The position numbers and the translations under genes were made by a program. This document shows positions 28,801 through 40,300 of a stretch of 64,000 nucleotides of DNA, piece by piece. Below the pieces are notes generated by a model. That model was not told the DNA's origin. It made no database searches and saw nothing but the letters and a program-made list of their open reading frames with translations. How positions within the stretch are numbered: position 1 is the first letter of the stretch; each line of letters starts with the position of its first letter. The DNA is taken from assembly GCA_951406725.2 (NCBI GenBank), contig OX597821.1, positions 81,344,001 to 81,408,000 on the forward strand, given 5' to 3'. This DNA is from Octopus vulgaris. Taxonomy: Eukaryota.

Positions 28801-31800
28801 ATTGAATGCTGAGTCTACTAATGATATACCAACCCATTGGGATGGAGTTCCTTTTTCTATCAAGTTCTGACCCTGACGAAATGCTCAATTGACTATATTC
28901 AATATGAATCTTTGATTTAATTTTTCTAATTAGAATTAACTGATTGGACAGGGAAACAATTGTAGGTTCTGTGAGTTTGATATTGTTTGAAATTCGATTT
29001 GTTTCAATAAATTGATGTCTGTATGTCATTTTCACCATTTTCTTCTTTTTCTTTTATACACACACACACACATACATATACACTCACACACACTGACCTT
29101 GCCTGTGCTTGTGCCACATAAAAAGCACTCAGTCCACTCTGCTGTGTGGCTGATGTTAAGAATGGCATCCATCCATAAAAACCCTGCTAAAACAGACACA
29201 GAAGCACTTGTGCAGGTGCCACATAGAAAGCATACAGTACACTGTAAAGTGGTTGGCATTAGGAAGGGCATCAAGCTGTAGAAACCATGCTGAAACACAA
29301 TTGAGGTCTGGTGCAGCACTCTGGCTGACTCCAGTCAAACCATCCAACCCATACCAGCATGGAAAACAGACATTAAATGATGATGATGATAATGTGCTGC
29401 TGAAATTGGGATGCATATGATATGCCTATGTGATATTCATGCCATCAATTCTGTTAATATTCTACTGAGTAAAGCATCGAGCTGGCAGAAACGTTAGCAG
29501 ACCAGGTGAAATGCTCAGCGGTATTACATCTATCTACGTTCTGAATTCAAATTCCGCCAAGGTCGACTTTGCCCTTCATCCTTTCGGGGTCAATAAATTA
29601 AGTACCAGTTGACTGGCCTCCTCCTCAAAATTTTCAGGCCTTGTACCTAGAGTAGAAAAGACTATTCTACTGAGTCTATCACTTATTACTTTAAAAACAC
29701 TTACAAGAATGTTTATAATGCTTGTTTTTATACAGACATAATACTCAGTAATATTCATTTAGAAGATAAGAGAATTGGAAAGCTGACATTCATGGCTTTC
29801 CCACTTAGTAATATAAGGGAAATAGTGCTAAGTGGAATTCAAAAACAGGCTGGGAAGTCACGTCAACATACCAAAACCTCTACAGAAGAATAATAATATT
29901 TTCAAAGAAACTGCAAAAAATTTATTTCAAGTTAGATTTTTTTATAGTAAAATTATACAAAAGTAGAACAGAGTGGAAATATAAACAGAATTCACCTTCT
30001 GGAAAGCCAGATAGTCTGTGAGTATCTTTGACTGGTTCTGTTGTAAGGAGTAATCATTTTGCAGTTTGATAGTTTGCTCCCATATAGCATTGTATAAATC
30101 CATACCTCTGTAGAGAGACAGAAAACTGAATTAAAATAATCGTAAGATTAAAATATACTTTACAAATACAAATCATTCTATATTTGTGTGTGTTCATGTA
30201 TACATATGACCTTATTGTATGAAAACATTAGTGTGTTCAACAAATACTTACGGTGAACAATGAATGAAGCCCCCTCTCTCTCTCCCTATATGTGTGTGTG
30301 TGTGTATATATATATATGTAATACCGGTGAACACTGTTCTCACCATCTACACCGGATACGCCCTACTCCCTCCTCCTCCTCCCCCCTTCTCATATGCTTT
30401 CACTGTGAAAAGACAAGCTGCTAGCGCCACAGCTCATCAACTGCCCACTGATCTTACGCTTCCTCCTGACACTGCCTCAATCTGAATATCTCCTTCCAGT
30501 CCCCTCCGTAATATCCTACGTTTTTTTATTTCTTACGAACCTACACCAACCCTTCCTCCCATCGTTCCTCCTTACCCCAACCTTCCCCACTGGTGCTCCC
30601 CTATATTGACCGCACCCCCTCTACTATCACTACCCCTCTTTTCACTGGTAAAACCTTTCTCAGCTGGACTCCCCCCAACTCAACTCTAGAATATCTGTAT
30701 TTTTCCTCCTTACTACGCTACCTAATTACGTTACTCAGTGACGATAACGAATGTCCACTGCTAACACCAGCTCCTGTCCACGGCGTGGTCAGGTCGGAAG
30801 AGAGATCAAAAGAAAAATGCTACGAAAAGTATCACCACCACAACAACCCTCCTCTTCTCAGGCGCTGAATTCCCCCCTCCCCCCACATCTCCTTCCCAGT
30901 TTTCAGAGTTGGCACTATCAATGTTGGTACATTGACAGGCAAGTCTAGTGAGATTGTAGAGATGCTAGAGAGAAGACAGGTTGATGTATGCTGCATACAA
31001 GAGGTAAGATGGAGAGGTGCTTCGGCTAGGGTCCTCACGGGCAAGGCACTTAGGTACAAACTCTTCTGGCAAGGTAACGTGGAAGGTGTAGGCATTCTCC
31101 TTGCGGAGAAATGGGTGGATGAGGTCATAGAGGTTGTCAGGGTTTGCGATAGAGTGCTTAAGCTCAGGTTGGTCCTACAGAGTGGCACAGCTATGATTAT
31201 CTCCGCCTATGCCCCACAAGCGGGACTACCAAATGATCAGAAGGACAACTTTTATGATAACCTTCTGCAGGCTACTTCAAAGACTAGTAGCAAGGACCTC
31301 ATCTTTGTAGGTGGAGACTTTAATGGGCATGTTGGGCGGGAATCGGGTATCTTCACTGGGGTACATGGTGGCTATGGTATTGGCACCAGAAATGATGAGG
31401 GGAACTAGACTGCTGGAATTCTGTGATGCATGTAACCTTTCAATCTGCAACACTAACTTCAAGAAGCCAGTCTGCCACCTTATAACCTATCAGTCAAGAG
31501 ACTCCGCTAGCCAAATAGACTTCATCCTCACCAGACAGCGGGATGCAGGGTTGCTCTTGAATACAAAGACCCTCCCGGGTGAAGAATGTATCCCTCAGCA
31601 TAGACTAATCATCAGTGACTTTAAGCTTGAGGCCAGAAGGACTCCAAGAAACAAACCAATCCAGAAAAGAAGGATTTGGAGGCTAAAGAACCCTTCACAT
31701 GGTCAGAAATTTAGGGACATACTCATCAAGAAATTTGATGAGAGGGAGGAGGAGCTTCAGACGTCAGACATAGAAGGTAGCTGGGAATTCCTACGGGACA

Positions 31801-34287
31801 GCTTGCTGTGTGCCACAGACCGAGTCTGTGGATGGTGCAAAGTCCCTTCCAGACCTAGAATTACGTGGTGGTGGAATAGTGCAGTAGATAAAGCCATCTG
31901 TAAAAAGAGACGGGCCTGGAAAGCCTGGAAGGATGGGGGCAGCAGGGAACTGTACCAGATAGCCAAAAGGGAGGCTGGGCGGCAGGTATACATAGCCAAA
32001 GACGTAGCAGAAAAGAAGAAGTTTGCCAATGTCCAGCGACGCGAGGATCAAAGAGCTGAAGTATTTCGGATTGCCAGACAGTGTGTCAGAGAAAATAGTG
32101 ATGTTATAGGAGAGAAATGTGTCCGCATGGATGATGGGGCACTTGCATTTACTGCTAGTGAAAAGAAAGAGGCTTGGAGAAGCCATTATGAAAGACTGCT
32201 GAATGAGGAGAATGAATGGGAGGAGGAGAGCCTGCCAAATGTTGACCCAGTAGAGGGACCAGCTACCCGAATAGACAGCTCCCTTGTAGATAAGGCAATT
32301 AAGGATATGAAACCAGGCAAAGCCCCTGGCCTATCAGGAATCACTGCTGAGATGCTTAAAACAGCTGGCTATGTGGGCTATACCATAGTCACCCGCATTG
32401 TAAACCAGGTAGTTCACAATGGAGTCATACCCAATGACTGGTGCAGCAGCACCATAGTCAACTGCTACAAGGGTAAGGGTGATGCTCTAGATAGAAATAA
32501 CTACAGAGGTATCAAACTGTTGGACCAGGTGATGAAGGTCTCAGAGAAGGTCATAACCCATCTCATTAGGGAGAGAATTTGTTTAGATGAAATGCAGTTC
32601 GGTTTTGTACCAGGTAGAAGCACCACTGATGCTATATTCCTGGTCCGACAACTGCAGGAGAAGTACCTAGCTAAAGATAAACCCCTCTACATAGCTTTTG
32701 TAGACTTGGAGAAAGCCTTTGACAGGGTTCCCCGTTCCCTCATCTGGTGGTCGATGCGGAAACTGGAGATTGAAGAATGGCTAATAAGGGCTGTACAGGC
32801 TCTATACAGAGAGGCTGTCAGCAAGGTTAGGATTGGCAATGAATATAGTGAAGAATTCCGGGTAGAAGTAGGTGTGCACCAGGGCTCAGCCCTCAGTCCC
32901 CTTTTATTCATCATAGTCCTTCAGGCAATAACAGAGGAATTCAAAACGGGATGCCCCTGGGAGCTCCTCTATGCCGATGACCTAGCTCTCATAGCAGAAT
33001 CACTACCGGAACTAGAAGAGAAATTTCGGGTGTGGAAGCAAGGGTTGGAATCAAAAGGCCTTAGAATAAATGTAGCAAAGACCAAAGTATTAGTAAGCAG
33101 CAAGAGGTACTCAGCACACACCCCCTCGGGTAGGTGGCCCTGCTCAATCTGTAGGAAAGGTACAGGTAGAAACTCCATAAGATGCACCCAATGTAAGTTA
33201 TGGACACATAAGAGATGCAGCAACATTAAAGGGAAATTAACAGATAAGATAGCTTTCATGTGCGGCAGATGCACAGGGACAATAGACACAACAGACACTC
33301 AGAAAACAGATTCCATCACACTCCAGGGAGAGAAACTAGAAGTAGTTGATAGTTTCCGCTACCTGGGTGACCAAGTTAGTAGCGGAGGTGGATGCACAGA
33401 GTATCACCACTAGAATACGAATAGCCTGGGCAAAGTTCAGAAAGCTCCTACCCCTACTGGCAACAAAAGGTCTCTCCCTCAGAGCGAAAGGTAGATTGTA
33501 TGATGCATGTGTGCGAACTGCCATGCTTCACGGTAATGAAACATGGGCAGTGACTGCAGAGGACATGCGTAGACTTGAAAGAAATGAAGCTAGCATGATC
33601 CGCTGGATGTGTAGTGTCAGTGTGCACGCAAGACAGAGTGTAAGCATCCTAAGAGAAATGCTGGATATAAGAAGCATCAGATGTGGTGTGCAAGAGCGAC
33701 GCTTGCGATGGTATGGTCATGTGCTGCGGATGGATGAAGAGAGATGTGTGAAGAAGTGCCACTCCCAAACAGTTGAAGGTATCAGGGGGAGAGGTAGACC
33801 CAGGAAGACATGGGATGAGGTAGTCAAGCATGACCTCAGAGCATTGGGCCTCACTGAGGCAATGGCAAAAGACCGAGATCTCTGGAGTTTTGCTGTGACT
33901 GCAAAGACCCGGGCTGCTTTCTGCAGCAATTCCACATACCCCCTACCCATTCAAAGTACCCCGGATCCCCAAAGTACCCCAGATCCCCAAAGTACCCCGG
34001 ATCCCCAAAGTACCCCGGACCCAGTTGCCCCAGTGCCGCTGGCACGTTAAAAGCTCGAACCGATCGCGACCAATGCCGGACCCCCCGGCCCCTGTGCAGG
34101 TGGCACGTAAAAGCACCCAATCCACTCACGGAGTGGTTGGCGTTAGGAAGGGCATCCAGCCGTAGAAACTCTGCCAAATCAGACTGGAGCCTGGAGCGGC
34201 CCCTGGCTTTCCAGACCCCGGTCAAACCGTCCAACCCGTGCTAGCGCGGAAAACGGACGTTAAACGATGATGATGATGATGATGATG

Positions 34288-34349
<62 letters not shown>

Positions 34350-37300
34350 TATATACACATATATATATACACACACACATATATATGAGAGAAACCACTA
34401 TGTGGACACCCATATGCTAGAAATAGATCCGCTATGTAATCGTGGTGAGACCGTAGCAGACCTATTTCTAGCATATGGGTGTCCACATAGTGGTTTCCCT
34501 CTAATATATATATAATACAGTTTTACTGAACCTTCAGTTTTTTTATGCTAGACCACTGGTGTGAAATCGATGTTAATTAAATTAATATCTAATTTCTCAC
34601 CCTTATTTTAAATTTAAAATTAAATTAATAAGTTCTCTAACCGGCAAAGGCCGCTGTAGTAAAATATTATCTGCAGCATCAATTTTTCCGGTAATTTAGT
34701 GCGCCAAAAGGAGGACATTTAAAATAGTAGCCACAAGTGTAATGGGTAGGACTGTTTTACAAGTCTGACTCTGTGTGGACGTCTTAGTATGCAGTCCTAC
34801 AAATTATAGTGACCTTGGATGGTCGTACTGATGATCTACGGATAATTACATAAGTAAGATTGCATAATTTGTTGATAGTGAATAATATGTATATGAATAA
34901 TCCATATTTTTATTGCTTTTTCTTTTGTCTTGCTCGATTACGTTTTGGTTGGTTTGCTAAATTTTACTTGAGAACATTTCTTGGTGGTGAGACCGTAGTG
35001 GATCTATTTCTAGCATATGGGTGTCCACATTGTGGTTTCCCTCTAATATATATATATAATACAGTTTTACTGAACCTTCAGTTTTTTTATGCTAGACCAC
35101 TGGTGTGAAATCGATGTTAATTAAATTAATAACTAATTTCTCACCCTTATCTTAAATTTAAAATTATATATATATATATATCCTTTATCTTTTACTTGTT
35201 TCAGTCATTAGACTGCAGCCATGCTGGGGCACAGCCTACAAGAATTTTTGCCAAATTGATAAGCCTTTACTTATTCTATTGGTCTTTTCTACTGAAACGC
35301 TAAGTTATGGGGATATAAACACACCAACACCAAATGTCGAGCAGTGGTAGTGGATAAATATGACACACACACGCAAGCATAGATATATGTGTATAGTATT
35401 TTTACACAGGTTGAATAAGCCTACCCACCCATCTACCTTTTTTACTGGCTCATAAGCTAAATATTAATGTGAGTGGTTGAAAATGTTACTATTAGCAACA
35501 TGCAAAAAAAACTTTATGAGAAACTCACAAAGAAACAATAACCTGTAACTTACTTGTGACTAAGACTGACAGCTCTTCTGTTAAGTTCTGCAGGAAAACA
35601 AGGCTGATGATGATATTCAACAACAATAGAGGGCAGAGCAACCTCACAAAGTGAAACGGTGCTGTATCTGAAACAGAGGAAACCAATATAACAATGTTAG
35701 ATTAGTGTGATTTTATTTAGTATAGTGTTGTATATATGACGGGGTGCTGAAAAATTCCTGGCTTTAAGGGTATCACAAAGGGCTTGGTTGGAGGTCCCAG
35801 CCTTCTTAGTTCTTTTATAGAGCTTAGAAAAACTGAAGGACCGCTGCAATAAGTATATGAATTTGAGAGGGTATTTTCTTTTACCCAAAGCCAGGAATTT
35901 TTCAGTACCTACTTGTAGATTTGTAAATTTTTCAGTTAATATGTACTCACTTGAAATATGCTACAATGTCCTTGTATCCAAAATATTGACAGTGGTCATG
36001 ATGTAAAGAATGATTGCAAGGTTCAGCACTAACTCGCCTTTTGTACATACTTCCATGAAATCTCAATTCTAAGTATTTAGAGAAAGACATGTTCCAAGTG
36101 TCCATTGTCATACGCCCTAATGGGGTAACCTGAAAGAATGAAGTCATAGTGAGAGTGCAAAGTTGACTACATGGTCTCTATTGCACAGAAAAAGAATGTA
36201 TTTATTCTGGGAAGGTTAGGTACTGCACTTAATTCATTAAATACACATCCGATTTGACTACAATCTCATTACATGTATTTCCTAGAAGTGGTACAATATC
36301 ATTTTTGTATATATTTTTATATTCATACAGCAAGCCTGGCCAGTGCCAGAGACCTGAAACTAGCAAAAGAGTATATAGAAGTAATCTCCATATTAACATT
36401 CACTGATCACTTTCATTGGTGCCATAACAGCTTATGCTTTGGTGAACTCATTCATTTCCATAATTACAATCCAAACACAGAAACTACTAGTGAATGGAGT
36501 GAGAAAAATGGATTCTAAAATATTATTAGCTTTTGTTGTTATTTAACTCTAGGTTAGTCATGGTTGAGCAAATCAATGACAAAAGGTATATCCCAGCAAG
36601 ACAGTCTTCCCTTTAGTGTTCTAGGAGTACATTAATGAATGCTTTTTTTCCCTTTTAAAACAGGAGCGCTTCCTTCTCTTTTAAGACAGTAGTACTCTCT
36701 CCTGTCTACTTTCAGTATTTCGCCACATCTAGAATCCCCAACAAATCTAAGGGGGATTCTAGATCATCATCATTGTTTAACGTCCATCTTCCATGCATGC
36801 ATGGGTAGGACAGATGTGGTGAAATACTGAGAGTAGACAAGAGAAAGAAAGTCAGAGACATCAAGTGAGTCTACCTTACTTAATGGTACTAACATAATGA
36901 TAAATGAAATAATGAACCAGTGAGTGTAGAGTTTTGGTAAAATGTTACCGGTAAGGTGGGAGAATAGTTCCTTGGAGATGATCTAAAATAAAAAAGGGGT
37001 GGTAAGATGTATGATGTACATCCAAGTTATATAAAGTATTTTAGACCTGGAAAGTCAACTATGAATACATCTGTTCAAACAACTTCTATAGAGATATTTA
37101 AATATGATGAAATGATCTATCTTATTACAGATGATATTCTTAATGGAGTATGTCTGTGTAGTTAAAAAAGAAAAGGTATAAGAAGTCACAGTGCATTACC
37201 TGTTTGCATTTGCGACACCGACTCCACATGAAAATATTCTTTTCAGCTCCAGGAATGATGCGGTCAAGCTTGCGAAGATCCACTGTGATACAACTATTCT

Positions 37301-40300
37301 CATGTACAAAGCGTCTCACGTGATCGACCATTGGAGTGTCACAGGACTTTGATGGGCAAACATAAGACTCTCTAAACAAAAAGAAAAAAAAAGAAATGTT
37401 TAATTGATGGAAACATCCATAACAACTTTTACAATAAACATTTCTAGAGTGCAAACATCCTTATTTTAAATTTAGCTTAATCTCTTGCTTTTTCCATCAT
37501 CACCATAACTGCTATCCTCATTATCTTTGTTGGTACCATCCGCAGTGTCATTGCTGTCATGATTCCAAACATTCTCAATGTCATAATCACCATCTTCACA
37601 CTCATTGTTATAATTATTAGGGTCTTTATCATCATCACAACAATCATCACCATGACCTTCATCATCATCATCATTGTTGCAGTGGTGGTAGGGAGCAGTT
37701 GTCCTGTTGCCATTCATATAACTTTCTATCAAACCTATTATATGCCTAATGTACAATAGTTTCCCTAATGTGTTTTGAGAGGTGGGGGAGGGGCATTTAT
37801 TTAGAATTCCATAAATTATTTGATATTTTTCTGCTTTAGAAATTCTTTAAAAAATATTCAAAGACATGGCTATGTGGTTGAGAAGCCTGCTTTCCAGCTA
37901 TGAGGTCTTGCTTTCAAGAAGACACTTGCCCAAACATTTTTCGAAAATTTTCACGGAAAATTTTATCCAAAAATTTTCACCAACAATTTTTCCAAAATTT
38001 TCACCGAAAATTTTACCCAAAAATTTATCGAAAATTTCAACCAAAAATTTTTCGAAAATTTTCACCGAAAATTTTACCAAAAAATTTTCCCAAAATTTTC
38101 ACCGAAAATTTTACCCAAAAATTTTTCCAAAATTTTCACAGAAAATTTTCACCAAAAATTTTTCGAAAATTTTCCCTAAGAATTTTTCGAAAATTTCAAC
38201 CAAAAATTTTTCAAAAATTTTCACCGAAACTTTTCCCAAAAATTTTTCGAAAATTTTCACCGAAAATTCAACCCAAAAATTTTCACCAAAAATTTTTCCA
38301 GAATTTTCACCGAAAATTTTACCCAAAAATTTTTCTAAAATTTTCACCGAAAATTTTACCCAAAAATTTTTCAAAAATTTTCACCAACAATTTTTCGAAA
38401 ATTTTCACAGAAAATTTTACCATAAGAGTTTGCAAAAATTTTCCCCAAAAATTTTTCGAAAATTTTCGACAAAAATTATTCGAAAATTTTCCCCGAAAAT
38501 TTTACTCAAAAAAAAATTTTCCCCCAAAACTTTACCCAAAAGTATTCACCAACAATTTTTCGAAAATTTTCGCCAAAAATTTTTCGAAGATTTTATCCCG
38601 ACAAAGATCAAAGAGCGTGCCGACAAATATCAAAGATGGTCCCCAAAGAGATCAAAGAGGAGTGTTGACAGAGATCAAAGTGGGTGCCGACAGAGATCAA
38701 AGACGGTGCCGACAGAGATCAAAGAAGGCGCCGACAGAGGTCAAAGAGCCTGCCGACAGAGATCAAAGTGCGTGCCGAAAGAGATCAAATAGGGTGCCGA
38801 CAGAGATCAAATAGGGTGCCGACAGAGATCAAAGACGGTACCGACAGAGATCAAAGAGCGTGCCGACAGAGATCAAAGAGGTTCCTGAAAGAGATCAAAG
38901 AGAAGTGTTGACAGAGGTCAAAGAGCCTGCCGACAGAGATCAAATGCCGAAAGATATCAAAGAGGGTGTCGACAGAGAACAGAGATGGTGCCGACAGAGA
39001 TCAAAGAGGGTGCCGACAGAGATCAAAGAAGGTGCCGACAGAGATCAAAGTAGGTGCCAAAAGAGTTCAAAGAGGGTGCTGACAGAGATCAAAGAACAGT
39101 GCCGACAGAGATCAAAGACGGTCCGGAAAGAGATCATAGAGGGTGCCGACTAAGATCAAAGAGCGTGCCGACAGAGATCAAAGAGGGTGCCGACAGAGAT
39201 CAAGGAGGGTGCCGACAGAGATCAAAGTGCGTGCCGAAAGAGATCAAATAGGGTGCCGACAGAGATCAAATTGGGTGCCGATAGAGATCAAAGACGGTAC
39301 CGACAGAGATCAAAGAGCGTGCCGACAGAGATCAAAGAGGTTCCTGAAAGAGATCAAAGATGGTGCCGACAGAGACCAAAGAGGGTGTCGACAGAGATCA
39401 AAGAGTGCCGACAGAGATCAAAGAGAGTGCCGACAGAGATCAAAGAGCATGCCGAAAGAGATCAAAGAGGGTGCTGACATAGATCAAAGACGGTGCCGAA
39501 AGAGATCAAAGAAGGTGCCGACAGAGATCAAAGATGGTGCCGACAGAGATCAAAGAGCGTGCCGACAGAAATCAAAGACGGTGCCGAAAGAGATCAAAGT
39601 GAGTGCCGACTGAGATCAAAGACGGTGCCGAAAGAGTACAAAGAGGGTGCTGACAGAGATCAAAGAGGGTGCCGACAGATATCAAAGAGGGTGCCGACAG
39701 AGATCAAAGTGGGCGCCGACAGAAATCAAAGAGGGCGCCGACAGAGGTCAAAGAGCCTACCGACAGAGATCAAAGAGCATGCCGAAAGAGATCAAAGAGG
39801 GTGCCGACAGAGATCAAAGAGGGTGCCGACAGAGATCAAAGAGGGTGCCGACAGAGATCAAAGAGGATGCCGACAGTGATCAAAGAGCGAGCCGACAGAA
39901 ATTAAAGAGGAGTGTCGACAGAGATCAAAGAGGGTGCCGACAGAGATCAAAGAGAGTGCCGACAGAGATCAAAGAGCATGCCGGAAGAGATCAAAGAGGG
40001 TGCTGACATAGATCAAAACGGTGCCGACAGAGATCAAAGAAGGTGCCGACAGAGATCAAAGATGGTGCCGACAGAGATCAAAGAGCGTGCCGACAGAAAT
40101 CAAAGACGGTGCCGAAAGAGATCAAAGTGAGTGCCGACTGAGATCAAAGACGGTGCCGAAAGAGTACAAAGAGGGTGCTGACAGAGATCAAAGAGGGTGC
40201 CGACAGATATCAAAGAGGGTGCCGACAGAGATCAAAGTGGGCGCTGACTGAAATCAAAGAGGGCGCCGACAGAGGTCAAAGAGCCTACCGACAGAGATCA

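Larger units (their letters stand above)
30321..34287 (+). mobile_element. RTE-clade LINE retrotransposon, near full length, antisense to PIKfyve
   Basis: APE endonuclease ([28 protein letters not shown]), RT ([27 protein letters not shown]), RTE C-terminus ([17 protein letters not shown]), (GAT)n tail, (TA)nTGTA on both flanks as probable TSD. Confidence 0.95.

Noticed and set aside
30321-30420. HDV-like ribozyme at the RTE 5' end (known in other RTEs)
   Set aside because: Only simple stems (CCGGTG/CACCGG) are visible; I could not assign the nested double pseudoknot.
37472-37759. Asp-rich ORF
   Set aside because: Degenerate (CAT)n microsatellite; the flanking PIKfyve exons join correctly without it.
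37866-38814. About 300-aa K/F/N-rich ORFs
   Set aside because: Translations of the AAAATTTT minisatellite, open in several frames and on both strands.
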